From a virus (taxonomy: Duplodnaviria; Caudoviricetes): a stretch of DNA of 49,942 nt. Made by a program: the position numbers and the translations under genes. The notes below the pieces were generated by a model. The model searched no databases, was not told the origin of the DNA, and saw nothing but the letters and a program-made list of their open reading frames with translations. Positions 8,352-18,854 of the stretch are shown here, piece by piece (the stretch's first letter is position 1; each line of letters opens with the position of its first letter). The stretch lies in IMG/VR virus record IMGVR_UViG_3300044272_002383, positions 1 through 49,942 of that record, one strand, 5' to 3'.

Positions 8352-8624
8352 ATGGCAAAAAAAGAAAAGGTTGTTGATCTTAAACCAAGAGTTGACAAAA
8401 TATCAAAAGAGCATTTAGATCAATTACTAGATGCGGTAAATAAAATAAATAGTCTTCAATTTAATATAGGTAGATTAGAAACTCAAAAGCATAAGTTGTT
8501 ACACGAAATAGCTTTAGGCAATGATACTGTTTCTCTGCTACAAGATAAAATGCTGAAAGAATATGGTAGTTACGATATTAACTTGACAGACGGAACTATT
8601 AATTGGCCTAAAGATGAAAAATAA
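8352..8624 (+). CDS. hypothetical coiled-coil protein
   Basis: 90 aa; ends EYGSYDINLTDGTI. Confidence 0.8.
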   Translation: MAKKEKVVDLKPRVDKISKEHLDQLLDAVNKINSLQFNIGRLETQKHKLLHEIALGNDTVSLLQDKMLKEYGSYDINLTDGTINWPKDEK

Positions 8625-8838
8625 TATTATAAGAAAAATTACTATAGGTAAAGATTATAAGAACGACTCTATGCATTACTCTGTTAATCAAGAAGTTTAT
8701 GGTGGTCATAAAATTTGTGATATAATAGAAGAAGAAGATAAGTACTGTGTTTATATTAAAAAAGAAAAAGTTGTTATACCTTGGAAAGACTTTAATAAAA
8801 ACATGGCTATATCAGTTGAGTATAACTTAGAGTACTAA
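8614..8838 (+). CDS. hypothetical protein
   Basis: 74 aa; overlapping operon arrangement. Confidence 0.8.
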   Translation: MKNNIIRKITIGKDYKNDSMHYSVNQEVYGGHKICDIIEEEDKYCVYIKKEKVVIPWKDFNKNMAISVEYNLEY

Positions 8839-9425
8839 TGGATGGTTATAAAGATTTTATTGTTTCTCCTATTGGCGAGCGTTATAATAATGTTAAGCGA
8901 GTCGATAACAAAGAATTAATATTAAACACTGAAATATTTAATCATCAGTATATAAACAGATTAGCAAAAGTTGTATCTATACCACTTTTATATAAAACAC
9001 CTATAAGTGTTGGTGATGAAGTTATAATACATCATAATGTTTTTAGAAGATGGCACGATGTTAAAGGTAGAGAAAAAAATAGTAGATCTTATTGGAAAGA
9101 AGACAAATATATAATATCAAAAGATCAAATATACTTATATAAAAAAGCTAGTTGGTCTGCTATGCCTGGTTATAGTTTTGTAAAACCTATAGTATCAAAT
9201 GATAAGTTTGTTAAAGAAACAGAAAGATCTCTTATAGGTATTATAAAATATAACGACGGTACTTTTGATATAAATACTTTAGTTGGCTTTACACCTAATA
9301 GTGAATATGAATTTGTTATAAACAGTGAAAGATTATATAGAGTTTTAAATAAATTTATTACAATTAAATATGAATATAAAGGAGACGAAAAAGAATATAA
9401 TCCAAGCTGGGCGCAAAGCCGTTGA
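8838..9425 (+). CDS. GroES-like protein, possibly tandem GroES domains
   Basis: FIVSP..LILN..AKVVSIP..ISVGDEVII, then FVKP..GIIKY..VGFTPNSEYEFVINSERLYRV. Confidence 0.5.
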   Translation: MDGYKDFIVSPIGERYNNVKRVDNKELILNTEIFNHQYINRLAKVVSIPLLYKTPISVGDEVIIHHNVFRRWHDVKGREKNSRSYWKEDKYIISKDQIYLYKKASWSAMPGYSFVKPIVSNDKFVKETERSLIGIIKYNDGTFDINTLVGFTPNSEYEFVINSERLYRVLNKFITIKYEYKGDEKEYNPSWAQSR

Positions 9426-9642
9426 AGAACTTATTAAAGTTGCTAAAGAACCTATAGTTGATAGTGATGATGATATATCAGCTGACAGATTAAAAAATGC
9501 AGCAGCAACTAAAAAGCTAGCTATATTTGATGCGTTTGAAATACTTAATCGTATACACGAAGAAGAAAATATAATAGAAGGTAAAGTTCAAGAAAAAAAG
9601 CAAACAACATTTAAAGGTTTTGCAGAAGGTAGATCAAAATGA
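9370..9642 (+). CDS. putative terminase small subunit or packaging-associated protein
   Basis: 90 aa helical protein directly upstream of and overlapping terL; assignment by position only. Confidence 0.45.
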   Translation: MNIKETKKNIIQAGRKAVEELIKVAKEPIVDSDDDISADRLKNAAATKKLAIFDAFEILNRIHEEENIIEGKVQEKKQTTFKGFAEGRSK

Positions 9643-11876
9643 AGTACGAGCAAAGTTTATATAAAATAATAGAACCAATACGTATAAACACTATAAAAAG
9701 ATTAAATAAATCTAAAAAGTGGAAGTATGGTTATAATAAAGAAAACGATGTTGTTGTTATATCAAAGACTGGTATGATAGGTGATGTTGTTGAAATACAA
9801 GGTTTAAAAATAGCTTTACCAAAACAACCAAAAGAAATATATTCTTGTAGTAAGATAAAGTCAGAGCAAAAGTGGAAACGATTTACAGACAAGCCTGAGT
9901 TTAAAAAAATTAAAACAGTATTTGATTGGCAAGATTATTCTCTTGATTTTAAAGAAGAACACTACGGTTATATAGATGAAGAGTTTAAAAGAAGAGAAGA
10001 AGGTTTTTGGTTTATGAACAAAGGTGAACCAACATATATAACAGGCTCTCATTATATGTATTTACAGTGGAGCAAAATAGATGTAGGTGCGCCAGATTTT
10101 AGAGAAGCAAATAAACTGTTTTTTATATTCTGGGAAGCTTGTAAAGCAGATGCTAGATGTTATGGTATGTGTTACTTAAAAAATAGACGATCAGGTTTTT
10201 CGTTTATGAGTTCTGCTGAAACAGTTAATCTAGCTACACTTGCTAGTGATAGTAGGTTTGGTATATTATCTAAATCAGGTGCTGATGCAAAGAAAATGTT
10301 TACAGACAAAGTAGTACCAATAAGTTTAAACTACCCTTTCTTTTTTAAACCTATACAAGATGGTATGGACAGGCCAAAGTCAGAGCTAGCATATAGAGTG
10401 CCAGCTAAAAAGTTTACACGTAAAAAAATACGTGAACGTGAAGAGATGGATGATGTTGAAGGTCTTGATACAACTATAGACTGGAAGAATACGGGTGATA
10501 ATAGTTATGATGGCGAGAAATTAAACTTATTAGTTCACGATGAAAGTGGCAAGTGGGAAAGACCTGATAATATAAAAAATAACTGGAGAGTTACAAAAAC
10601 TTGTTTACGTTTAGGTAGTAGAGTTGTTGGTAAGTGTATGATGGGTAGTACAAGTAACGCGTTAGATAAAGGAGGTGATAATTTTAAAAACTTGTACAAT
10701 GATTCAGATGTTACCAAGCGCAACAGAAATGGACAAACTAAGTCGGGATTATATTCTTTGTTTATTCCTATGGAATGGAATTATGAAGGATTCATTGATG
10801 AATTCGGACGACCTGTGTTCACTAATCCTGAACAACAAACATTTGATCCACAAGGACTAGAAATAGATTATGGCGTTATAAACCACTGGGAGAACGAAGC
10901 TGATGGTTTACGTGATGACCAAGATGCTTTAAATGAATTTTATCGTCAGTTTCCGAGAACTGAAGAGCATGCGTTTAGAGATGAAACTAAAAATAGTATA
11001 TTTAACTTAATTAAGATATACGAACAAATAGACTACAACGAAGGTAATAGAAACGAGACAACACTAAGTATTGGCAACTTTCAATGGACAAACGGTGTTA
11101 AAGATACAAGAGTTGTTTTTAATCCAGATCCAAATGGTAGGTTTAAAATAAGTTGGTTTCCTGATAACAACATGCAAAATAGTGTTATATTAAAAAATGG
11201 TGTTAGATATCCAGGCAATGAACACGTTGGTGCTTTTGGTTGTGACTCATACGACATATCAGGTACAGTTGATGGTACTGGATCGAAAGGTGCATTGCAT
11301 GGTTTAACTAAGTTTTCAATGGAAAATGCACCAGCAAACACTTTCTTTTTAGAATATATAGCTAGACCACAAACAGCTGATATGTTTTTTGAAGACGTGT
11401 TAATGGCGTTAGTATTTTATGGTATGCCACTACTTGCAGAAAATAACAAACCAAGATTATTATACTATTTACGAAGAAGGGGTTACAGAGGTTTTAGTAT
11501 GAACAGACCAGATAAAATATGGAATAAGTTATCAACAACTGAAAAAGAAATAGGTGGAGTACCAAACTCAAGTGAAGATATAAAGCAAGCTCACGCAGCA
11601 GCTATTGAAATGTATATTAACGATCATGTAGGTATGTTAGAAGATAATACTTACGGTGGTATGTATTTTAACGAAACACTAAATGACTGGTCTAAGTTTG
11701 ATATAAATAGAAGAACTAGACATGATGCATCTATAAGTTCTGGTTTAGCTATAATGGCTTGTAACAGACATATGTATAGACCAAATCCTAAAAAAGAAAA
11801 AACCGCTTTAAACCTAAATATAGCAAAATATAATAACAAAGGACTATCATCTAGAATTATAAATAAAAAGGTATGA
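9639..11876 (+). CDS. terL: terminase large subunit
   Basis: Walker A-like LKNRRSGFS, Walker B LLVHDESGKW, coupling motif GST, nuclease GCDSYD..ENN..HDASIS. Confidence 0.93.
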   Translation: MKYEQSLYKIIEPIRINTIKRLNKSKKWKYGYNKENDVVVISKTGMIGDVVEIQGLKIALPKQPKEIYSCSKIKSEQKWKRFTDKPEFKKIKTVFDWQDYSLDFKEEHYGYIDEEFKRREEGFWFMNKGEPTYITGSHYMYLQWSKIDVGAPDFREANKLFFIFWEACKADARCYGMCYLKNRRSGFSFMSSAETVNLATLASDSRFGILSKSGADAKKMFTDKVVPISLNYPFFFKPIQDGMDRPKSELAYRVPAKKFTRKKIREREEMDDVEGLDTTIDWKNTGDNSYDGEKLNLLVHDESGKWERPDNIKNNWRVTKTCLRLGSRVVGKCMMGSTSNALDKGGDNFKNLYNDSDVTKRNRNGQTKSGLYSLFIPMEWNYEGFIDEFGRPVFTNPEQQTFDPQGLEIDYGVINHWENEADGLRDDQDALNEFYRQFPRTEEHAFRDETKNSIFNLIKIYEQIDYNEGNRNETTLSIGNFQWTNGVKDTRVVFNPDPNGRFKISWFPDNNMQNSVILKNGVRYPGNEHVGAFGCDSYDISGTVDGTGSKGALHGLTKFSMENAPANTFFLEYIARPQTADMFFEDVLMALVFYGMPLLAENNKPRLLYYLRRRGYRGFSMNRPDKIWNKLSTTEKEIGGVPNSSEDIKQAHAAAIEMYINDHVGMLEDNTYGGMYFNETLNDWSKFDINRRTRHDASISSGLAIMACNRHMYRPNPKKEKTALNLNIAKYNNKGLSSRIINKKV

Positions 11877-14260
11877 TGTATTCGCATATAAACTTTCCGT
11901 CACAAGCGGTAAGTGATTTTGAAAAAGTTAGTAATGAATATGGTTTAAAGGTTGCTCAAGCGATAAGATACGAGTGGTTTAACGGACATAACTCAAAGTT
12001 TGAACACACTTTAAATACTTTTCATAAATTAAGACTATACGCAAGAGGCGAGCAGTCTGTTCAAAAATATAAAAATGAATTATCTATAAATGGTGATTTA
12101 TCTTATTTAAACTTAGACTGGAAGCCAGTGCCTATTATACCAAAGTTCGTAGATATCGTTGTAAATGGTATGGCGCAAAGATCATATGAAATAAATTGCT
12201 TTTCACAAGATGATTATGGTGTTAGCAAGCGTACTGAATATATGCAGTCTGTATTAAGAGATATAAGATCAAAAGAGTTTAACGATTTAGTTGCTCAACA
12301 ATTTAATATGAACTTATATGAAAATGATAAAGAAAGCTTACCAGACTCTGAAGAAGAATTAAAACTACATATGCAGCTTAATTATAAACAAGCTGTTGAG
12401 TTAGCAGAAGAACAAGCTATAAATGTTTTAATGGAAAATAGTGATTATGACTTAATAAGAAGAAGATGTCTATATGATTTAACAACGTTAGGTATAAGTG
12501 CTACAAAAACTACTTTTGATTTTAGTGAAGGTGCTAAAATAAAATATGTTGATCCAGCTAATTTAGTTTATTCACACACTGAGTCTCCATACTTTGATGA
12601 TTTATATTATGTTGGTGAAGTAAAAGAATTACCGATAAATGAAATTGTAAAAGAGTTTCCAGGACTAACTGAACCAGATATAAAACAAATAGTTGATAAA
12701 GGTCAAGATCCACTCAGAAGATCAGCTCATAGAGATAAAAACAAGATACACGTTTTATATTTTAATTTTAAAACACACATGAACGATGTTTATAAATTAA
12801 AGAAAACTGCAGCTGGCTTAGAAAAAGTTATTGAAAAAGATGATACGTTTAATCCACCAGAAGATAAAGAAGGAGATTTTAGTAAACTAGAAAGATCTGT
12901 TGAAGCTTTATTTGAAGGTGTTTATTTATTAGGTTCTAATAAACTTTTAAGATGGCGTATGATGCCTAATATGATGAGATCAGACTCTGATTTTAGTAAA
13001 GTTAAAATGAGTTACCAGATAACAGCGCCTCGTATGTATGAAGGTAGAATAGAGAGTTTAGTAGGTAGAATAACTGGTTTTGCTGATATGATACAGTTAA
13101 CACATTTAAAGTTACAGCAAGTTATGTCTCGTATGGTACCTGATGGTGTTTACTTAGATGCAGATGGTTTAGCTGAAATAGATTTAGGTAATGGAACAAA
13201 TTACAATCCACAAGAAGCTTTAAATATGTTCTTCCAAACTGGTAGTGTTATAGGTAGAAGTTTTACATCAGATGGTGATCAAAATCCAGGTAAAGTACCG
13301 ATACAACAAATAAACAACGGTGTTAATGGAGGTAAGTTACAAGCTCTAATACAAACGTATAATTATTATTTACAAATGATACGTGATGTAACCGGATTAA
13401 ACGAAGCAAGAGATGCTAGTACTCCAGATCGTAACGCTTTAGTTGGTGTACAAAAGCTAGCAGCTGCTAATTCAAACACAGCAACAAGACACATATTACA
13501 GTCAATGTTATTTTTAACTGCTGAAGCTGCGGAGTGTTTATCACTTAGAATATCAGATATAATAGAGTACTCGCCAACGCGTGATGCTTTTATAAGAGCT
13601 ATAGGTGCTCACAATGTAGCAACACTTACTGAAATGGGTAGTTTACATTTATATGACTTTGGTATATTCATAGAACTAATGCCAGATGAAGAAGAAAAAG
13701 CTATACTTGAAAACAATATACAAATGGCATTAAGTCAAAAGTTAATAGACTTAGATGATGCTATAGATATAAGAGATACTAAAAACGTAAAGCTAGCTAA
13801 TCAACTTTTAAAAATAAAAAGAAGAAAGAAACAAGAGCGTGATCAAATAATGCAACAACAAAACATACAAGCTCAAACACAAGCTACTAATATGGCTGCT
13901 CAAGAAGCCGCTAAAATAGAACTTGAAAAAACACAAGCTAAATATGATAATGAAGTTGGATTAGAAAGAACTAAAAACTCTTTACAAATGAGATATTTAG
14001 AACACGAAGCTAAAATTAAAAAAGAATTAATGATGTTAGAGTTTAAATTAAATACTGATTTAAAAGGTAAAGAAAAAGAAACTGCTGCTAAGCTAGAATC
14101 TCTACGTGAAGATAGAAAAGATGAAAGAGTTGATAGACAAGCTATGCATCAAAAACAAATGATAGATCAAAGAAAAGGGGCTGATTCACTTAATAAATTT
14201 GAGTCTTCAGGTAATGATATACTTACAGGAGACGCAAGTCTTGATAGGTTTGGTCTTTAA
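11873..14260 (+). CDS. portal protein
   Basis: 795 aa after terL; PIIPKFVDIVV, IRDVTGLNEARD and a long C-terminal coiled coil typical of crAss-like portals. Confidence 0.88.
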   Translation: MMYSHINFPSQAVSDFEKVSNEYGLKVAQAIRYEWFNGHNSKFEHTLNTFHKLRLYARGEQSVQKYKNELSINGDLSYLNLDWKPVPIIPKFVDIVVNGMAQRSYEINCFSQDDYGVSKRTEYMQSVLRDIRSKEFNDLVAQQFNMNLYENDKESLPDSEEELKLHMQLNYKQAVELAEEQAINVLMENSDYDLIRRRCLYDLTTLGISATKTTFDFSEGAKIKYVDPANLVYSHTESPYFDDLYYVGEVKELPINEIVKEFPGLTEPDIKQIVDKGQDPLRRSAHRDKNKIHVLYFNFKTHMNDVYKLKKTAAGLEKVIEKDDTFNPPEDKEGDFSKLERSVEALFEGVYLLGSNKLLRWRMMPNMMRSDSDFSKVKMSYQITAPRMYEGRIESLVGRITGFADMIQLTHLKLQQVMSRMVPDGVYLDADGLAEIDLGNGTNYNPQEALNMFFQTGSVIGRSFTSDGDQNPGKVPIQQINNGVNGGKLQALIQTYNYYLQMIRDVTGLNEARDASTPDRNALVGVQKLAAANSNTATRHILQSMLFLTAEAAECLSLRISDIIEYSPTRDAFIRAIGAHNVATLTEMGSLHLYDFGIFIELMPDEEEKAILENNIQMALSQKLIDLDDAIDIRDTKNVKLANQLLKIKRRKKQERDQIMQQQNIQAQTQATNMAAQEAAKIELEKTQAKYDNEVGLERTKNSLQMRYLEHEAKIKKELMMLEFKLNTDLKGKEKETAAKLESLREDRKDERVDRQAMHQKQMIDQRKGADSLNKFESSGNDILTGDASLDRFGL

Positions 14261-14286
14261 TATTTAATATTTTATAAAATTTTATT

Positions 14287-15423
14287 ATGGCAGAAGAAAC
14301 AAAGAAAGTCGAAGAGACTAAAAAAGATAATGTAACTAAGGTTAAAATAAAAAAACCTGAAGACAATATAACAAAAGTTAATATAGACAAACCACCTGTT
14401 AAACAAGAAGAGGTTAAGCAAGAAGAAGAAGTTATTGTTGTTAATGAAGAACCTAAAAAAGAAGAAAAAGTCGAAACACCTGAAGAAGTGCAACCTGTTG
14501 TTCAAGAAGTAACTGAAGAAGAAGTTGTTGAAGCTGAAGAAAAAATTGAAGAAGCTATAGAAGAAGCTGTAGCAACAGGTAAACCACTACCAGAAAATAT
14601 ACAAAAAGTCGTAGATTTTATGGAAGAAACTGGTGGTGATTTAGTTGACTATGTTAATTTAAATAAAGATATAGATAAAATGGACGATGCTGATGTTCTT
14701 GATGAATATTATAGAACTACAAAGTCTCATTTATCACCAGAAGAAAGAAACTTTATATTAGAAGAGAAATTTAGTTATGATGAAGAAACTGAAGATCCAA
14801 AAGATATAAAGAGAAAAAAGATAGCCCTTAAAGAGCAAGTTGCCGAGGCTAGAGCCCACTTAGACAGGCAAAAGTCTAAATACTATAAAGAAATTAAAGC
14901 TGGTAGCAGGCTCACTGGTGAGCAGCAAAAGGCTATTGATTTTTTTAATAGATACAATAAAGATTCTGAAAAGCAAAAGAAGTTAACTGAAAAAAGCAAA
15001 AGAACATTTTTAAATAAAACTAAAACTCTTTTCAACGAAAATTTCAAAGGTTTTGATTATAAAGTTGGAGATAAAAAATTTAGATTTAATGTTAAAGATG
15101 TTGATAAAGTAAGAGAAACACAGAGTAACTTAGATAATTTTATCAACAAGTTTGTTGGTGAAGATAAAACCACTATCGAAGATGCTGCTGGTTATCATAA
15201 GTCTTTATACACTGCTATGAACGCTGATAATATTGCTAAGCATTTTTATGAGCAAGGAAGAGCAGATGCTATAAAAGAAAAAATTGCTAAAGATAAAAAC
15301 ATTGATTTAAGTCCAAGAACAACACATGGTGAAACAAATGTTGATGGTATTAAATTTAAAGTTTTAGGACAATCAACTTCTGAAATGAAAAACAGATCTT
15401 TTAAAATTAGAAAACGAAAATAA
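14287..15423 (+). CDS. putative scaffolding protein
   Basis: E/K-rich disordered N-terminus and helical body, between portal and capsid. Confidence 0.65.
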   Translation: MAEETKKVEETKKDNVTKVKIKKPEDNITKVNIDKPPVKQEEVKQEEEVIVVNEEPKKEEKVETPEEVQPVVQEVTEEEVVEAEEKIEEAIEEAVATGKPLPENIQKVVDFMEETGGDLVDYVNLNKDIDKMDDADVLDEYYRTTKSHLSPEERNFILEEKFSYDEETEDPKDIKRKKIALKEQVAEARAHLDRQKSKYYKEIKAGSRLTGEQQKAIDFFNRYNKDSEKQKKLTEKSKRTFLNKTKTLFNENFKGFDYKVGDKKFRFNVKDVDKVRETQSNLDNFINKFVGEDKTTIEDAAGYHKSLYTAMNADNIAKHFYEQGRADAIKEKIAKDKNIDLSPRTTHGETNVDGIKFKVLGQSTSEMKNRSFKIRKRK

Positions 15424-15447
15424 TTAATAATTTAAAAAGAATATATT

Positions 15448-16956
15448 ATGGCAATTACTGCAGGAGGTAGTTTGAATAGTGTACCTGCTCCAAAGCAGCA
15501 AACACTATCTACAAATTACTTAGATTTTACGGGCACTACGGATGTAACGTGGGCTCAACAATACCTGCCTGACTTAATGGAGCAAGAAGCAGAAGTTTTC
15601 GGTCCACGAACAATTTCTGGTTTTTTATCTCAAGTTGGTGCAGAAGAGTCTATGACTTCAGATCAAGTTGTTTGGTCAGAACAAGGTAGACTACATTTAT
15701 CTTACAAAGGTAATATAGACACGAATGACAAAGTTACAATTCAATGTGATATTGATGAAAACAGTTTTCACGCTGATGGTATCTTACAAGGACACGGTAT
15801 TAGATTAAATGACACTGTTATTGTTTCTAATTCAACTGGTGTTTACAAAGGTGTTGTTACAGCATTAGCTGACGGTTCTGGTCCAACTGGACAAAACTCA
15901 GATGTTACTATAAAAACTTATGATGGAACAACGATTCCAACATCTGGAGCTACTACTAACAAAGGAACTATTGTTTTAGTTTATGGTTCTGAGTTTGCTA
16001 AAGGAACTGGTTACAACGCTGCTGGAGCTACAACTGTTGATGCAAGAGGAGCTAACGAACCTGTGTTTAAAACTTTTACTAACAAACCAATTATAATGAA
16101 AGATTACTACGAAGTATCAGGATCTGATGTTTCTAGAATCGGTTGGGTAGAAGTTTCAAACGAAATGGGTGAGTCTGGTTACTTATGGTATTTAAAAGCT
16201 GAAGCTGATACAAGAGCTCGTTTCACTGATTACATTGAAATGTCAATGTTAGAATCTGAAATAAATAAAGCGGATGATCCAGCTTCAGGAGTAGATGACT
16301 TCCTTTATGGTGCTGATGGAACAAACTCTGTTGGTACTGAAGGTTTATTTGCTGCTATAGAATCAAGAGGTAACGTTACTTCTGGTGTTAATGGTGTTAA
16401 TCCAGCTACTGATTTAGCTGAGTTTGATGCTATATTAGCTGAGTTTGACAAACAAGGTGCTATTGAAGAATACATGATGTTTGTAAACAGAGCTACTAGT
16501 TTAGCAGTTGATGATATGCTTGCTTCAATGAACTCTTATGGAGCTGGAGGTACTTCTTACGGAGTATTTGACAACGACGAAGATATGGCATTAAATTTAG
16601 GTTTCTCAGGTTTCCGAAGAGGTTCTTACGACTTCTACAAGTCTGACTTTAGATACTTAAATGATTTAGCTACAAGAGGTGGTATTAATTCACTCGCTGG
16701 TGCAAGTGCTATCAGAGGTGTTATGATTCCAGCTGGTATGTCTTCTGTTTACGACCAAGTTGTTGGACAAAGCATAAAAAGACCTTTCTTACACGTAAGG
16801 TTTAGAGCTTCACAAACTGATGACCGAAGAATGAAAACTTGGGTTACTGGTTCTGTTGGTTCTGCTACGTCTGCACTTGATGCAATGCAGATTCACTTTT
16901 TAACTGAAAGATGTTTAGTAACACAAGGTGCTAATAACTTTATGTTAATGAAGTAA
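15448..16956 (+). CDS. major capsid protein
   Basis: 502 aa after scaffold; WSEQGRLH, GTEGLFAAIESRGN, C-terminal GANNF; followed by a strong terminator. Confidence 0.88.
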   Translation: MAITAGGSLNSVPAPKQQTLSTNYLDFTGTTDVTWAQQYLPDLMEQEAEVFGPRTISGFLSQVGAEESMTSDQVVWSEQGRLHLSYKGNIDTNDKVTIQCDIDENSFHADGILQGHGIRLNDTVIVSNSTGVYKGVVTALADGSGPTGQNSDVTIKTYDGTTIPTSGATTNKGTIVLVYGSEFAKGTGYNAAGATTVDARGANEPVFKTFTNKPIIMKDYYEVSGSDVSRIGWVEVSNEMGESGYLWYLKAEADTRARFTDYIEMSMLESEINKADDPASGVDDFLYGADGTNSVGTEGLFAAIESRGNVTSGVNGVNPATDLAEFDAILAEFDKQGAIEEYMMFVNRATSLAVDDMLASMNSYGAGGTSYGVFDNDEDMALNLGFSGFRRGSYDFYKSDFRYLNDLATRGGINSLAGASAIRGVMIPAGMSSVYDQVVGQSIKRPFLHVRFRASQTDDRRMKTWVTGSVGSATSALDAMQIHFLTERCLVTQGANNFMLMK

Positions 16957-16966
16957 ATCATTTATT

Positions 16967-16999
16967 ATAGGGGCAGCTAAGTGCTGCCTCTATTTTTTT
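16967..16999 (+). terminator. intrinsic terminator
   Basis: ATAGGGGCAGC-TAAGT-GCTGCCTCTAT stem followed by a T tract. Confidence 0.85.
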
Positions 17000-17022
17000 A
17001 TTAATTTTTATTATATTATATT

Positions 17023-17856
17023 ATGGCAAAGAAAAAAGAAGTAACTAAGGTTGAAGAACCTATAGTTGAAGAAACAGTTGTTGTACAAGAACAACCTAAG
17101 GTTAAAGTTCCTAAAACAAAAACTGAAACAAAAGATACTTGGGAAATAAAAGATAGAGTTTATTATCTAAAAGGAAATAACAAACCTTTATCTTATTCTA
17201 TTAGAGCATCAAATTTATTTTGGTTTGATGAAGAAAAAGGTTATGAAAGAGAAATAAAATACTGTCAAAACCAAAGAACAGTTTTCGTTGATGAAATGAA
17301 AGGCGAACAAAGACTAGAGCATATTGTTTTTAGAACAGGTGCTTTATTTGTTCCAAGAACTCAAACTACTTTACAAAAATTTTTATCATTATATCACCCT
17401 CATAGAGATAAGATATATTATGAGCACGATCCAGTTGAAGTTGCTAAAGATGAATTAGACTGGTTAGAGTATGAAGTTGAAGCTTTGTCTATAGCTAAAG
17501 ATTTAGATATAGATACTGCAGAAGCTATAATGCGTGTAGAAAAAGGTTCTGATGTATCTAACTTAAGTTCTAAAGAATTAAAAAGAGATTTACTTATATT
17601 TGCTAAACAAAATCCTCAATTATTTATAGAACTTGTAAGTGACGATAATGTTCAACTTAGAAATTTTGGTATTAAAGCTGTTGAAGCTAACATAATAAGA
17701 TTATCAAATGATCAAAGGCATTTTGTTTGGTCGTCAACTGATAGAAAAATTATGACAGTTCCTTTTGATGAACATCCATATACAGCTTTAGCTCATTGGT
17801 TTAAAACTGATGAAGGTATGGAGATATATCAAAATATAGAAAAAAGGTTTAATTAA
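17023..17856 (+). CDS. hypothetical protein of the head module
   Basis: 277-aa ORF between two terminators after the capsid gene. Confidence 0.8.
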   Translation: MAKKKEVTKVEEPIVEETVVVQEQPKVKVPKTKTETKDTWEIKDRVYYLKGNNKPLSYSIRASNLFWFDEEKGYEREIKYCQNQRTVFVDEMKGEQRLEHIVFRTGALFVPRTQTTLQKFLSLYHPHRDKIYYEHDPVEVAKDELDWLEYEVEALSIAKDLDIDTAEAIMRVEKGSDVSNLSSKELKRDLLIFAKQNPQLFIELVSDDNVQLRNFGIKAVEANIIRLSNDQRHFVWSSTDRKIMTVPFDEHPYTALAHWFKTDEGMEIYQNIEKRFN

Positions 17857-17873
17857 TATTAATTAACTAGTTT

Positions 17874-17904
17874 AAATAGCCACTCATTACGGGTGGCTAT
17901 TTTT
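17874..17904 (+). terminator. intrinsic terminator
   Basis: AAATAGCCACTC-ATTAC-GGGTGGCTATTTTT. Confidence 0.85.
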
Positions 17905-17932
17905 ATTTGTAGGCTAACCTTCCGCTTTATTA

Positions 17933-17944
17933 TGTAACTATATT
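17933..17944 (+). promoter_or_regulatory. putative late promoter motif
   Basis: TGTAACTATATT just after the terminator and before the tail operon. Confidence 0.55.
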
Positions 17945-17947
17945 ATT

Positions 17948-18109
17948 ATGAAATCAAAAGGATTAGGTGACGATATAGAAAAGTTTACAAAGGCTACTGG
18001 TTTAAAATCTTTAACACAAATAGCTATGGAAGTTATAGGTAAAAAAGATTGTGGGTGCAATGATAGAAAAGAGTGGCTTAATAATAAGTTTCCATATAAC
18101 AATAAATAG
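17948..18109 (+). CDS. small protein with KGLGD and CGC motifs (53 aa, absent from ORF track)
   Basis: MKSKGLGDDIEKFTKATGLKSLTQIAMEVIGKKDCGCNDRKEWLNNKFPYNNK*; abuts next ATG at 18112. Confidence 0.8.
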   Translation: MKSKGLGDDIEKFTKATGLKSLTQIAMEVIGKKDCGCNDRKEWLNNKFPYNNK

Positions 18110-18111
18110 TA

Positions 18112-18852
18112 ATGGCAGTAAGTATAGATACAGTATATCAAAAAGTTTTAGCTTTAGCAAATAAAGAACAAAGAGGTTATATAACTCCTCAAGAGTTTTC
18201 TTTGTTAGCTGATAAAGCTCAAAGAGAAATATATGATAGTTATTTTCACGATGTTAAAACAGCGTATAACAAATCAAGTAACAACTCTAAGTATAGCGAT
18301 GAGTTAGAAATGTTAGATAATAAATTACAACCATTTTTAACTAGTGAATTATCAAATATATCTGCAGACAACTCTTTATCTACTATACCAACTAACCAAT
18401 ATATGTTAAAATCTATTACAATAAAAGCAACAGATAGTTCTCAAACAGACTCTCAAGGTTATGGTCCTGAAGCTACTCTTCATGAAGTTGATAGAAGAGA
18501 TATTGTAAATATAAATGGTAATTCTTTACTAGCGCCAACAGGTTCTAGACCTTTATATGTTAGAAGTTCTACTTCAATACAAATTTTTCCAACACCTACA
18601 ATAGCTACTACAGTAACATATAATTACTATGTTCAACCAACAACACCTAGGTGGGGTTATGTAGTTGTAAATGGTAGAGCACTACATAATAACAGCTCGA
18701 CATATACTACAGATTTTATGCTACATATTTCAGAAGAAGAAAATTTAGTTATGAGAATACTTCAACTATCTGGTGTTGTTTTACAAAAACCAGGTTTAGT
18801 AGAAGTAGCTATGACTGATAGAGCTCAAACAAAACAATCACAAAATGATTAA
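18112..18852 (+). CDS. tail ring or adaptor protein
   Basis: ANKEQRGYITPQEF N-terminus and YY..PTTPRWGY; position after capsid. Confidence 0.65.
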   Translation: MAVSIDTVYQKVLALANKEQRGYITPQEFSLLADKAQREIYDSYFHDVKTAYNKSSNNSKYSDELEMLDNKLQPFLTSELSNISADNSLSTIPTNQYMLKSITIKATDSSQTDSQGYGPEATLHEVDRRDIVNINGNSLLAPTGSRPLYVRSSTSIQIFPTPTIATTVTYNYYVQPTTPRWGYVVVNGRALHNNSSTYTTDFMLHISEEENLVMRILQLSGVVLQKPGLVEVAMTDRAQTKQSQND

Positions 18853-18854
18853 CT

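Noticed and set aside
9639-16956. Introns, inteins or homing endonucleases in terminase, portal or capsid
   Set aside because: ORFs are uninterrupted and of expected size, with no intein or LAGLIDADG/HNH motifs seen
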